Below are positions 54,138-64,000 of a DNA stretch of 64,000 nucleotides, in pieces. The position numbers and the translations under genes are program-made. The notes beneath the pieces were generated by a model that saw only the letters and a list, made by a program, of their open reading frames with translations, ran no database searches and was not told where the DNA came from. The number at the start of each line of letters is the position of its first letter. Within the stretch, counting starts at the first letter, position 1. The DNA lies in the IMG/VR virus record IMGVR_UViG_3300009508_000011, positions 62,001-126,000 of that record, one strand, 5' to 3'.

Positions 54138-56309
54138 TTAACAATAGACCACTTCCGCATCTGGATGACGTTCTAGGAATTTATCCGTAGAAGTCTTCTT
54201 AGAATAGGATGGCTTATTATTAGCCTTGCTCTCTTCGGCGCTTCTAACTAACTCATCGTAAGTTAAAGGTACACCGCCATCGTCCTGACTAATTGCAACG
54301 AGGTACTTCAGAGTCTGCTCTACACGAACTCTTGAGAATGCGTCATTAATTGTACTTAGTTGTTCCTTAAGTCTATCAATCTCATCTCTAAGTTCTTTCT
54401 GTTCCTGCTGTGCCATAACTTGTTGTTCAGTAAGTTTGTTACCATCTTTACCAGCAAGGCGCATACAGTCACGTGGGTCAATTCCGTAGTACTGCAAGTT
54501 CTTACCTTTCATGATAAACCAACCAGCTAATAACCAAGATATAACCATATCATCGTGCCCTGATGAAGTATGGTCTATACGACCGTTCTTAACAACAAGA
54601 GACCTGATTTGGTCAGACAGCACTTTACAATGAACAGAGCCACCGGCGCGTTTTGCAAGTTCAGGTAGAATGTTAACGTATAGTTCCTTACGTGACTCAG
54701 CAGTAGTGACAAAACCAAACTTAGTTTTGATTGCTTCGTAGAAGAAACTAGAGCGAGTAGCTAAAGGAGTATTAAGCATAGCTTGTAACTTCTTATCACC
54801 AGCTGCTTCATTAACCACTGTATTGTAAATACGAGTGAATGGGTCTATACCATGTTTAGGTAACTCTATCAGTAAGGTCTCTAGGAAAGTTATACCAGAT
54901 GACTTACGTTCGATGTTGATAGTGATGTTTCTGTACTTCACCATTAGTTCAACAACGTATAGGGCTAACGTTAGTATATAGGATTCATTCATGGCCGCTG
55001 TGGCCACTACAGACATGTCTGTGATGTCCATTAATACTAAACCTGTATCATCCCTACCTACCAATTCAGATGTATCCATACCTAATACGAAGTTACCATT
55101 GAGCATACGCTCTTCTATTTCTTCTTCTGGAATTAACCAGTTGAATAGATAACCGTCCTTAGATATAGAACTATGTTGATATTCAATTTCCGAATCTTTG
55201 ATAAGGTCATTAAGTTTAGGGGATAGCGGAGAACGTAGTGTACCAGAAGTCCATACGTTGAAGAAATCTCGGTCAGCCTCATCTCCCACGGCATTTGTGT
55301 TTGATAATACATCACGTAACCAAGCATCGTCTTTACCGACCTGTCTATGTGAGAACGTACCATTGATAAGAGGTTTCTTACCCTTAGAGTTCTTACGCAC
55401 GACTTTATGTAGTGTTTTAGTATCAGGTAGGTCAAAGTACATCTCAGACCAGATAGCACCACCGTGTATAAGGTCGTACATGTATTTACCATCACGGTCA
55501 TCTTTCTTACCAGCTGTTGTGGTAAAGATGTTTCCGTAAGGTTGGTTATTTATCTCAGCTTCTTCACGAGCAGCTGTAGTAGATGCAAGCATTGCAGGAA
55601 TGATTGTACCAATGAATTTAATGAATGGACCTTCATCAATATGGATTATAGGTGAAGTAAGTCCACGACCAACATTAAGTGCAGCAGCTTCTGAAGATTG
55701 TGCTACAGATGTGTTGTATTTATTACCACGTTCATTGTAAGTGATTTGTTGCTGGTTATCAGCATCGTTACGGTGAACACGTAAGTACTCTGGTAATAAG
55801 TTGATAATGTTTTTAATACGTTCAACGTTGGCAACACGTAGACCATTATCTTTGGTCAACATGTTAATCTTAGAGTTCCATAGTTTAAATAGTTCTAACC
55901 AAACTATTAATAAATCGGTACCTAGTGATTTACCCAACTGACGAGGCATGATTAAAGCAAAGTCAACGTTATTAAAGAAAGAGAAATATAATGCAACGTT
56001 AGCACGATTTAATCTATACTGATTTGGTTTCATACCGGCTTGTGCAGGTACTCTAGCAATCTCTCTGAAGAAATACCAAGGATTATGTTGAATCTCTTGG
56101 GCCACCATTGTCTTCTGTCGTTCTGTTAGAGTTTTTGAATAGGGGTCTACTCCCTGAAGCTCCGGCTGTAACAACACTAAAGGAAAGTAACAGTTCTCAA
56201 TACCCATTGACCTATAAAGGCCAACTAGATTAAGTGCTGATTGATTTTTAGTCTTAGTGTCTATCATGGCCGAGGGATAACGAGCATAGTCTTGTTTAAA
56301 GAGTATCAT
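54138..56309 (-). CDS. terL: Terminase large subunit (phiKZ gp25-like)
   Basis: IMPRQLGKS Walker A, IHIDEGPF Walker B, IFTTTAG motif III, LGMDTS nuclease Asp, HDDMVISWLL. Confidence 0.92.
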   Translation of the reverse strand: MILFKQDYARYPSAMIDTKTKNQSALNLVGLYRSMGIENCYFPLVLLQPELQGVDPYSKTLTERQKTMVAQEIQHNPWYFFREIARVPAQAGMKPNQYRLNRANVALYFSFFNNVDFALIMPRQLGKSLGTDLLIVWLELFKLWNSKINMLTKDNGLRVANVERIKNIINLLPEYLRVHRNDADNQQQITYNERGNKYNTSVAQSSEAAALNVGRGLTSPIIHIDEGPFIKFIGTIIPAMLASTTAAREEAEINNQPYGNIFTTTAGKKDDRDGKYMYDLIHGGAIWSEMYFDLPDTKTLHKVVRKNSKGKKPLINGTFSHRQVGKDDAWLRDVLSNTNAVGDEADRDFFNVWTSGTLRSPLSPKLNDLIKDSEIEYQHSSISKDGYLFNWLIPEEEIEERMLNGNFVLGMDTSELVGRDDTGLVLMDITDMSVVATAAMNESYILTLALYVVELMVKYRNITINIERKSSGITFLETLLIELPKHGIDPFTRIYNTVVNEAAGDKKLQAMLNTPLATRSSFFYEAIKTKFGFVTTAESRKELYVNILPELAKRAGGSVHCKVLSDQIRSLVVKNGRIDHTSSGHDDMVISWLLAGWFIMKGKNLQYYGIDPRDCMRLAGKDGNKLTEQQVMAQQEQKELRDEIDRLKEQLSTINDAFSRVRVEQTLKYLVAISQDDGGVPLTYDELVRSAEESKANNKPSYSKKTSTDKFLERHPDAEVVYC

Positions 56310-56558
56310 TGTTAATGCCTTTTATGGTCCAAAGCCATTCTGTTAAAATGGTATGTAGTTCATATAAAGACAAAAAAATAAAGGGGACAACCGCCCCCGC
56401 TATTTATCTAAAGATTACTGATTCAAGACACCGGCGGCAAAATCATTTGCAGTGGTTACCTGTTCATCACCGATATAGTCGAATGATATAATGTCTAGAT
56501 GCTGGAGTTAGTTCCCAGAAAGATATTAAGTTTTTATTAGACATTGTTCTACCTTTTA

Positions 56559-56903
56559 TTATTGTTGCCAACCAATTAATTGAATTGATAAAGTGGAGAG
56601 GTCTCCAGAGAGATACTCCCACACCTTATCTACATATGCCTTTAAATCAGCTTTAACCAACTGTTCGGCAAATGATACATCAAATTCATGGGGTAGGTTT
56701 TGTACTAACTCTTCCCCTAGAATTATTAAATATACCCTACCATCAAGACTAGCCATGAACGGTAACCTATTATCGGATATATTTTCTTTAAAGAAATATC
56801 CATCTACTGTATATCCGGGAGGATTCAGGGAGTAGACTTCAATTAAATTACCTAACCCCTCCGGATGCTTATCCAGTAGATTAGGTATACCATATCTTGA
56901 CAT
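56559..56903 (-). CDS. Hypothetical protein (about 114 aa)
   Basis: Start placed at ATG 56903 (AAGGAAG RBS). The longer track ORF overlaps the upstream gene. Confidence 0.55.
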   Translation of the reverse strand: MSRYGIPNLLDKHPEGLGNLIEVYSLNPPGYTVDGYFFKENISDNRLPFMASLDGRVYLIILGEELVQNLPHEFDVSFAEQLVKADLKAYVDKVWEYLSGDLSTLSIQLIGWQQ

Positions 56904-56916
56904 TGTAACTTCCTTA

Positions 56917-58029
56917 CTAATCCGTGAAGTACTGTGCCTCATCGAACTGTTCATGGTATTCCAGCGCCCAACGTCCAGCTGCAACTTCCATGGCCATATC
57001 GCAAATATACCAGTCTTTCTCGTTGCACAATCTTCGCCATATTTCAGGGTGGAAATTATCATCGCGGTGAGGGCAACCACAAACCATGCCTTCAACCTCA
57101 AATAAATCTATACCTAAATCATTTAGTCCCTTAACCGAACCATCTGGAAACAGTACAAATAGGTCATACCACTTAGTATAGTTCTCAGCTGTAAGTATTG
57201 GTTTATCGGAAGGCGATTGGGATAACAACATGATACCGCGTTTAGATTCGTAAGGTCCAGATTTCTTCTGTGGTACTTCGCCTCCGTTTGGATATTCCAT
57301 ATAGGTAGTTGGCATACTAAGTGAGTTAGGTTGTACATCACGAGCCTTGGCGATTATCATTTCAACATCACCGCCAGACTCTGACGATAGAATGATATCG
57401 TTAGTTACGAGAGACCCATCTGGTGGAACTATGCCATCAACTGGAGCCTTTGCTGTAACTACGGTTATTTCCTTATTACGACACATTTCCTTAATCTTAT
57501 TTAAAGCAGTGTCCATACCATCGGTCGGTAACTCCTTATCGCGTATAACTATAGAGTCATCACCACATAGGTACGCCATGTGTGAGCTTATAAATGAAGT
57601 TATTTGCAATATAGGATTTAAGGCAATATGAATGGTTTCCATGTCGTATTCGTAGTCATTAGGTACCACATCAACAGATATTAATTTATTATCCCGCTTA
57701 CCACAGAGTAACACTATATCCTTAAGTATACCGTTAAGTCTTTGTGCAGTACGGATACCTTCAACTGGTATATCATCCTCTAACACTGGATAACTAAACG
57801 AGTGGTCTTTCTGAAGGAAGTGTGGTACTACTATAGTAACGCCGGTATACGTAGCCATGAGTTGTTTAATGTATTCATAATCGTCGATGTTTTCACAAGG
57901 GTCACGAACCGCAACTACGTGATGTACCAACTTGCCTAGATATGGGTTAAGTTGTTTTCCATGACAAATTAGTTGCACTATACCAGGTTTAGCATTTTCA
58001 ACCTTCTTAATGAATGGTAACTTTTTCAT
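56917..58029 (-). CDS. Hypothetical protein (370 aa)
   Basis: Long ORF with the TTTAAATAAAAGGA leader. Confidence 0.65.
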   Translation of the reverse strand: MKKLPFIKKVENAKPGIVQLICHGKQLNPYLGKLVHHVVAVRDPCENIDDYEYIKQLMATYTGVTIVVPHFLQKDHSFSYPVLEDDIPVEGIRTAQRLNGILKDIVLLCGKRDNKLISVDVVPNDYEYDMETIHIALNPILQITSFISSHMAYLCGDDSIVIRDKELPTDGMDTALNKIKEMCRNKEITVVTAKAPVDGIVPPDGSLVTNDIILSSESGGDVEMIIAKARDVQPNSLSMPTTYMEYPNGGEVPQKKSGPYESKRGIMLLSQSPSDKPILTAENYTKWYDLFVLFPDGSVKGLNDLGIDLFEVEGMVCGCPHRDDNFHPEIWRRLCNEKDWYICDMAMEVAAGRWALEYHEQFDEAQYFTD

Positions 58030-58055
58030 TGTACTTTCCTTTTATTTAAAGTAAT

Positions 58056-58772
58056 TTAATCAGTTAAAGACTTCGAGAAGAACCCTAATATTCTAATGTC
58101 TTCTTCTTTAAGCATAGTCTTATCAAGTTTGATGTTATCGATGGCCCACTCTTCAGGAACATATAGTTCAACAGCGAACTTAATAACATCCCCCTTACTA
58201 TTCTTATCATCGTCAATAGGGATAAAGGCCCATGGATTATCGACAATGAGTTTATGGTAGGCGTTAACGCCTTCCACGGTCATGTCTAACTTAACCAGTG
58301 AAGTATGTTTCTTGCCAATGCACCAAGGATACTTACGCTCTATTATATTCCAGTTGTACCCAGATACGATAGCTTTATAGTCACCCATTTCTACTAACCA
58401 TATCTTACTAGTTCTAGGATTATTCTTACTTACATAGTTGTCCCAAATTTGTTGAGCCTTAAGGGACATGTATAAACAATCCTTAATGTAAGGAGGGAAT
58501 ATCTTTTTAACTTTAACTTCCGCAAGTTTAACTGTTTCGTTAATGTTGACGCATAAATCAATAATGTGGAGGTCTAATTCATTGTTTAACGAATCATCTT
58601 CTAACCACTGTTGCAAACCGTTCTTACCATCGGTATATTCGGTAGTGAAGTAATGGTCTATGAAAGATGTAAAGAACTCTTTCTTTAGCCCTAGGTCATT
58701 ACCTAGATGCGTTAACATAACCCGTCTCGTGAACGAGTCTATATAAATCTTAGGGTTTATCTGTTCAAACAT
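58056..58772 (-). CDS. Hypothetical protein (238 aa)
   Basis: Early-type promoter and TTTAAATAAAAGGA leader. Confidence 0.65.
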   Translation of the reverse strand: MFEQINPKIYIDSFTRRVMLTHLGNDLGLKKEFFTSFIDHYFTTEYTDGKNGLQQWLEDDSLNNELDLHIIDLCVNINETVKLAEVKVKKIFPPYIKDCLYMSLKAQQIWDNYVSKNNPRTSKIWLVEMGDYKAIVSGYNWNIIERKYPWCIGKKHTSLVKLDMTVEGVNAYHKLIVDNPWAFIPIDDDKNSKGDVIKFAVELYVPEEWAIDNIKLDKTMLKEEDIRILGFFSKSLTD

Positions 58773-58809
58773 AGTACCTTTCCTTTTATTTAAAGTTGTT
58801 ACTCAATAG

Positions 58810-58830
58810 TATTATATATGTCTGTAAAAA
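58810..58830 (-). promoter_or_regulatory. Early-type promoter
   Basis: Minus strand reads TTTTTACAGACATATATAATA, directly after a terminator. Confidence 0.5.
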
Positions 58831-58838
58831 ACTACCCT

Positions 58839-58867
58839 ACGGCATAAGTGGACGGTTTCCCGTCCAC
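58839..58867 (-). terminator. Terminator of the virion gene operon, TTATGCCG type
   Basis: GTGGACGG/CCGTCCAC stem followed by TTATGCCGT on the minus strand. Confidence 0.75.
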
Positions 58868-58879
58868 CCATTAATTAAG

Positions 58880-60526
58880 TTATACTGACTTAACCATGAA
58901 ACCAGATACGCCAAGATATAAGTCTTGATGTTCAGTTTCGATAATCCAGATAACTTTAACCAAAGCACCAGTATGTAAGTTAGTTCCGAAGTTTAATTCT
59001 TCGTTCCAATTGTTAATTGGGTAACGCTTACGCATATTACCAACTACCACATCGAAGTGTGTAGGGTTAGGTGTTGCGGTTTCTACTTCTTTATCGTAGA
59101 GAGGTAGTATAGGTCTAAATACCTTACCAAGCCACTCGTCAGATGAGATACTACCAGAACCTAGTTTAAATGCGTAATCACTTACTGTAACTAAACGTTG
59201 TTCAGCGAATACACTATCACCATAGGCTTGTTCACCGGCATCATCGTAGTGCACCAACCAACTTGCATTATTAGAAATACGTGGTGGTCCAAATACAACT
59301 AACTTAATGCTTTGTACGTGGCGATATGCCGCGTAAGATGCATCCACTTCATCGAGACGTAAAGATACTGTAAACGTTTGCTCCACGCCCCACAGAGTAG
59401 GGTTGAAAGAAGCTACCGCACCATCACCGTAGGTTACTAAGCTAGTGACTTCCATAATCTCACTGCGAGACAAGTTAGCCAAGTAGTAGCGAAGAATCCA
59501 CATGTTACCATCCCAATCTGGGTACACATACAACTTAAGGTTATATTCGTGCTTAGCAGGTAGTGTATGAATACTATACGCTTCAGTGATATGGTTACTA
59601 TCAGTACTAGATTGCTTAGTAGATACTTCATTCTCATTCAAGCGATAGCTTAGAACAAGTGGGTGATTGTAATCTGGTACAGAGGCAACGTAGTTATCTA
59701 AACCGTAAACACTGAACTTAGTACCATCTACAGGATGCTGTACTTTCTGACCGTTGTTGTAGACCACTTCAGCCATTAGACCTAGTGAACTTACCGGTAG
59801 ATTAACAGGAACGTCTAAGACATTACTGTTGTTACGCATCCATGGGGACTTAAGATTAATGCCTGTTACATAACGAGCACTGTTAAGACCCTTATTCGAC
59901 AACGCAGATTCAACACATACCATCTCAGTAGTAGATATCTGTCCGTTCTGTTCATTATAAACAACGGCTGTTACGATATCTCCAGACTTTAACGTGTGTG
60001 TGGTATGTGCTTGCACTGGTACAAACGCAGTGGCTACATTGGGTTCACCAGCCTGTAAAGGTTCTAGCTTAACTTGGTCATTAATGTAGTTACCAGCGCC
60101 ATCGTACTGTTTAGATATAACTTCATCAACTTGCTCATCGCGATAACCAATGTAATACTTAACGTGGTCAGCATCTTTACGATACAGTCTGAGTTTACCA
60201 TCGGGTACAATGGTAGATGGCTGAACTGAATTATCTACGTGTAAAACGTAGTACTCAGTAGGTGAGTGTCCACCATTACCAATGATAACATCTAGACCGC
60301 TTGCATCGATGTTCTGATTAGGAGCCTTAAATGGTTCAAGTACGGAAATACCAGTATCAACATTTAAGTTAATACAACGCATTGGTCCATGAACCCAGCT
60401 CCAGACTAAATCATCAACGTTAGGACAGACCTGACCTTCACCGTCTGGACCTGTCCAAATGTCTTTTTCTGCCCAGACAGAGAAACCCCTGTCCAGTACG
60501 ATTATAGGTCGTCTAACTAAAGTCAT
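58880..60526 (-). CDS. Conserved virion structural protein (phiKZ gp26-like)
   Basis: 548 aa. W...DIWTGP.G.G..CPNVDDLV and HPLVLSYRL motifs; synteny with the terminase. Confidence 0.75.
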   Translation of the reverse strand: MTLVRRPIIVLDRGFSVWAEKDIWTGPDGEGQVCPNVDDLVWSWVHGPMRCINLNVDTGISVLEPFKAPNQNIDASGLDVIIGNGGHSPTEYYVLHVDNSVQPSTIVPDGKLRLYRKDADHVKYYIGYRDEQVDEVISKQYDGAGNYINDQVKLEPLQAGEPNVATAFVPVQAHTTHTLKSGDIVTAVVYNEQNGQISTTEMVCVESALSNKGLNSARYVTGINLKSPWMRNNSNVLDVPVNLPVSSLGLMAEVVYNNGQKVQHPVDGTKFSVYGLDNYVASVPDYNHPLVLSYRLNENEVSTKQSSTDSNHITEAYSIHTLPAKHEYNLKLYVYPDWDGNMWILRYYLANLSRSEIMEVTSLVTYGDGAVASFNPTLWGVEQTFTVSLRLDEVDASYAAYRHVQSIKLVVFGPPRISNNASWLVHYDDAGEQAYGDSVFAEQRLVTVSDYAFKLGSGSISSDEWLGKVFRPILPLYDKEVETATPNPTHFDVVVGNMRKRYPINNWNEELNFGTNLHTGALVKVIWIIETEHQDLYLGVSGFMVKSV

Positions 60527-60531
60527 TAGTT

Positions 60532-63063
60532 TTATTCCCCGCCTGTGTTAATAATTAAATGTCCAGTCATGTCAACACGCCCATTAAGGTATAGTGTCGA
60601 TATTCTGTCCATAAACGAATAGATTTTTTGCGATACTTCTATTGTAGTATCCTGGGAATGTGGTCTAACTGATGCAAGACCAGCTTCAACCGCACCATCA
60701 ACACCAGTGTACGCTGCATCTACAGGTAACAAATACTCATGGTGCTTAACCATGGCTTTTATTGTACTGTCTAGAATACGAGTATTCGGTATTGTGAGAA
60801 CACCACTAATTAGGTCATCAAGTATACGCGCCGTAAAGACACTATAAAGCTGATGTCTGTATGGGATAGGTGATACGTTAGGTATTGACGGTATAACAGC
60901 ATGTAGGGTCATGTAGTCACTCACAATCTTATCCTTGTTAATAGCATCAGTGCGAAGAGACTTTTCAGCACTAACAGGGATACCAATTGCTTGTAATCTA
61001 GGTTTTACGAAAGTAATGGCATATGGCGCACCATTTCTCATATTACCTTTAACACCAGTTGAGTCCTCATGGTGTTCTACATCAGCACGCATTACATATT
61101 TACCATCAACCACCGGACGGAACAGTTTACCACTATGTAAGTCGTATCTGTCATCCTTGGAAATTAATCCATGGTCTACCCAGCCAATACGGTCAGGTTT
61201 ACCCCAACCTACAGAACCAGTATCATCATCTTCAGGGAACCCATGAGCAATTATACTTACTTCATTATCACCATCGTCGTTTAAGTATCGCTTAGCACTA
61301 ATCCAAATGGACTGACGATATATCTTAAAGTCTATGTCCTGGATAAGTTCATATCCATTCAATCTAACAATGACATGTCTAAAGGGTAACTCAACAGTGC
61401 CGGTATCGTCAATTAAACTAATCTCAGCAACACCTTGACGTAAGGGAGTAGTGAAAGTTCGAGACCATGCCCAATCTGAATAACGTATTACCCATTCATG
61501 GTTAGGACTATTGTAGTTATGCTTAAGGAAGCCATCGCCTTGGTTGGTATATGAAACAGCGTTTGTTATATCATGCCATTCTTGAGTACCTTTCAACCTG
61601 TGGTAAAAGCGATATTCGCGATGTCCGCTAGGAACTACCTCAGTATTGTAGTAATCTGGACAGTTAGATAAGAACTCATCTTGGAAGAACTCAATTAGCT
61701 GAGTAGCATCCTCAGGGTAACTTATACCATCCTCACGACAAGGTTTAATGTCAACCAGTAAACCATCCGCATCATACTCAACCAATGAACCCTTACGGTA
61801 AACTTCAGGGATACTGATACGTCTAACACCAGATGACCCATCGGGGAACATTTGATTATCAGCACCGTAGTAAGCTGCTGCATTATAACCGTAACATCTA
61901 TACAAATCTATTGTAGTAGACGAATCGATTTTGGGTAAACGCATTACTTTTGGGTAGGCTGATTTTTCCAGTGCATCAAGTGTCCATAACTCACACGGAT
62001 TTGATTTACCGGTAATGACCTGATGTCTTTGCTCATGTGGTAGTTTATTCAACTCATGTAAACGAGAGTTCTCGAACACTAGTCGTCTATCCCAGCCAGA
62101 CTTACGGACATACATTCTAATGTGACAGTTACCATCGGCTATATGCTGACGTAGGTATTCAACTTGGTCAACAGATATGGAGTAAGTGGCTGACGCCAAC
62201 ATTCTAACGTTTGCTGGTTGATTGCGGTGTAACAACACACCTTCGATGGAATTACCATCTGCATCCAATTTAACAATACGTATCTCAATATCGTCGTGGT
62301 ACTTAATTACCTCGGATACACCTAGGTCAACTATGTACTTACGAACGTTGTCCATTGTTGAATAGTTATAGTGAAGTTCATCGATGGATATGTCATGTAT
62401 CTCATCTAGAGAATCATCAACTCTAACCTCAATGGTGTCACCAACTAATATTTGAGACGGTGGTAACTTATCTACCAACTTACCGTTATGTAATAATTGT
62501 GGACGTTTACCAATGACCTTAGCAGTGTACCATTTATTGTAAAGAACAAGTACTTCGGGTTCGTTTGTGTTTGTTCTACGAACACTCTCTACCCAGAAGT
62601 CTAATTCAGTACTGGCTCTGCTAGAACCCCAGAAAGCATTAGCATAGTGATGGAACCAAATATCTTCCTCTACCATATTAACACGTGGGTTTTCACGAAT
62701 GGCCAATAATACAGCTTTGTTATCAAGTTGTATAATAAAGCATTCACCTAAGGGTAATAGTACACCCTTACCGTTATAGATATTTATCGTACACTTACTT
62801 GCAGTACTTAACCCATCCAATTTTTTCCATTGGTTGGTTACGCCATTAAGTCCGAATATCGACGGAGGGTAGTGTCCAATTTGGTAAACAATGTAGTTTT
62901 CAGCCGTAGGGACTTTTAATTCATCCCAGCCGATTTTGATACGTTCATAAACCCCACGGACTTTACCGTATCTAACAGGCTTTATAATAGCCTGCTTGTC
63001 TTGTTCTGGGGTACACCATATATTTCTAATGGCATGTTGTTGTAAGAAGTCGGACACGACCAT
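60532..63063 (-). CDS. Conserved virion structural protein (phiKZ gp27-like)
   Basis: 843 aa. N-terminal HA..NIWCTP.QD.Q motif; synteny. Confidence 0.75.
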   Translation of the reverse strand: MVVSDFLQQHAIRNIWCTPEQDKQAIIKPVRYGKVRGVYERIKIGWDELKVPTAENYIVYQIGHYPPSIFGLNGVTNQWKKLDGLSTASKCTINIYNGKGVLLPLGECFIIQLDNKAVLLAIRENPRVNMVEEDIWFHHYANAFWGSSRASTELDFWVESVRRTNTNEPEVLVLYNKWYTAKVIGKRPQLLHNGKLVDKLPPSQILVGDTIEVRVDDSLDEIHDISIDELHYNYSTMDNVRKYIVDLGVSEVIKYHDDIEIRIVKLDADGNSIEGVLLHRNQPANVRMLASATYSISVDQVEYLRQHIADGNCHIRMYVRKSGWDRRLVFENSRLHELNKLPHEQRHQVITGKSNPCELWTLDALEKSAYPKVMRLPKIDSSTTIDLYRCYGYNAAAYYGADNQMFPDGSSGVRRISIPEVYRKGSLVEYDADGLLVDIKPCREDGISYPEDATQLIEFFQDEFLSNCPDYYNTEVVPSGHREYRFYHRLKGTQEWHDITNAVSYTNQGDGFLKHNYNSPNHEWVIRYSDWAWSRTFTTPLRQGVAEISLIDDTGTVELPFRHVIVRLNGYELIQDIDFKIYRQSIWISAKRYLNDDGDNEVSIIAHGFPEDDDTGSVGWGKPDRIGWVDHGLISKDDRYDLHSGKLFRPVVDGKYVMRADVEHHEDSTGVKGNMRNGAPYAITFVKPRLQAIGIPVSAEKSLRTDAINKDKIVSDYMTLHAVIPSIPNVSPIPYRHQLYSVFTARILDDLISGVLTIPNTRILDSTIKAMVKHHEYLLPVDAAYTGVDGAVEAGLASVRPHSQDTTIEVSQKIYSFMDRISTLYLNGRVDMTGHLIINTGGE

Positions 63064-63072
63064 CCTCCTATA

Positions 63073-63960
63073 TTAACGTAGAAGACTGAGTATTGCTCGT
63101 TGGAACTGCTGGGCTGAATCACCCTTTGCTGAGCGTTGCAGCAATTTACCTATACGTGAGTTTCTTAAAGCTCTTGAATCAACGGCGTGGTAAATGCAAG
63201 CAATCCATGTGGGTGGCATTTCAAGTGCAACACCCATTACTTCAGAACCGTGCTGGGTAAACCAACCGTTAGCAAGGATGCTGTAGATTAAACCACTATT
63301 CATCTTAGCTAGGCGTGGGTTGTCTAGGTGCTGTGCAATATACATAGCTAGTTCATCAACAGAACTAAAGCGTAGTTGCTCAGGGAACCATTCTAACAAA
63401 CGCTGCGCTGGCACACGAGTAGCACGAGAAACTATAGCTACGTTACGCTGCCACACTTTATCATTTACTTCGCTTTCAATACAGCCAAGGTAGAACATAC
63501 CAGCAACGATAGCTAATTTAGCTTGTGTTTCTGGGTCAACGCCTAAACGATGAGCGATACCTTCAGAGAACCACTTAGTGTAAATCTCTAACGGTAGGTC
63601 AGAAATACTAAGTAAGTTATCGCGGAAGTCGTCATCGTTATTCCAGCTTAGTTCCAAAGCGGCACGTAGAACACGGAAATCGTATTCGGCTTTATCTTTA
63701 ATTCGATAGTCACCATTACTACTAGTAACAGAGATTAAACCACGAACATCGATATAAGCTGTGTCTTCAAAAATAACTGTGTGTCCAAAAACTGGTACTT
63801 CACTGTTCTTATCAATGAGGGTCTTGATAAATCCAAGACCTTTAGATTCCGCATTTCTTAATTGCCCTTGGGCACCAGCTATGCGTAATTCCTTGACAAT
63901 TTTGTCGGTGGAATATGAACGAAGCACCAATGCTTCGTATGGGTTATTATAGGGATACAT
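63073..63960 (-). CDS. Conserved virion structural protein (phiKZ gp28-like)
   Basis: PVFGH, IDVR, ALEMPPTW.A..Y motifs. Start placed at ATG 63960 (GGAG RBS). Confidence 0.7.
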   Translation of the reverse strand: MYPYNNPYEALVLRSYSTDKIVKELRIAGAQGQLRNAESKGLGFIKTLIDKNSEVPVFGHTVIFEDTAYIDVRGLISVTSSNGDYRIKDKAEYDFRVLRAALELSWNNDDDFRDNLLSISDLPLEIYTKWFSEGIAHRLGVDPETQAKLAIVAGMFYLGCIESEVNDKVWQRNVAIVSRATRVPAQRLLEWFPEQLRFSSVDELAMYIAQHLDNPRLAKMNSGLIYSILANGWFTQHGSEVMGVALEMPPTWIACIYHAVDSRALRNSRIGKLLQRSAKGDSAQQFQRAILSLLR

Positions 63961-64000
63961 TTTTCTCTCCGCTCCTATTATTAATAGTAGAGTCATAAGA

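Noticed and set aside
56405-56545. tmRNA-tag-like frame (ANDFAAGVLNQ*) and a possible frameshifted micro-ORF
   Set aside because: No tmRNA termini; the frames are short and lack a coherent start. Probably chance or a decayed ORF.
56904-57101. N-terminal extension of the 56559 ORF
   Set aside because: It overlaps the upstream gene; ATG 56903 has the better RBS.
1-64000. CRISPR array or long tandem repeats
   Set aside because: No regularly spaced direct repeats were seen; the recurrent motifs are promoters, RBS leaders and terminators.

Overview
This window is 64 kb from a nucleus-forming, phiKZ-like jumbo phage (Chimalliviridae), and most genes lie on the minus strand. Hallmark genes are chimallin (9140-11035), PhuZ tubulin (20101-21090), the non-virion RNA polymerase beta' subunit with NADFDGD (5861-7342), a family-B DNA polymerase (12430-14586), the large terminase (54138-56309) and three adjacent conserved virion genes (58880-63960). 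The thymidylate synthase resembles the Vibrio/Pasteurellaceae type, which points to a marine gammaproteobacterial host (inference). A ~30 kb accessory region lies between PhuZ and the terminase. The most striking observation is a dispersed phage-encoded Kdo/glycan toolkit. It comprises a KpsF/KdsD isomerase and KpsU/KdsB CMP-Kdo synthetase (41035-42803), a KpsS/KpsC-like HP-motif transferase and a GT8 glycosyltransferase (24432-26252), and a SAM methyltransferase (21111-21803). Other candidates are a ~500 nt structured non-coding region after phuZ and two promoter-terminator small-RNA cassettes at 42850-43160. There are also a solitary QueC-like enzyme in the dTMP cluster, degenerate terminase-like and RecA-like ATPases, a signal-peptide nuclease, and several small ORFs missed by the ORF track. 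All family assignments come from motif recognition by eye; no database search was run.
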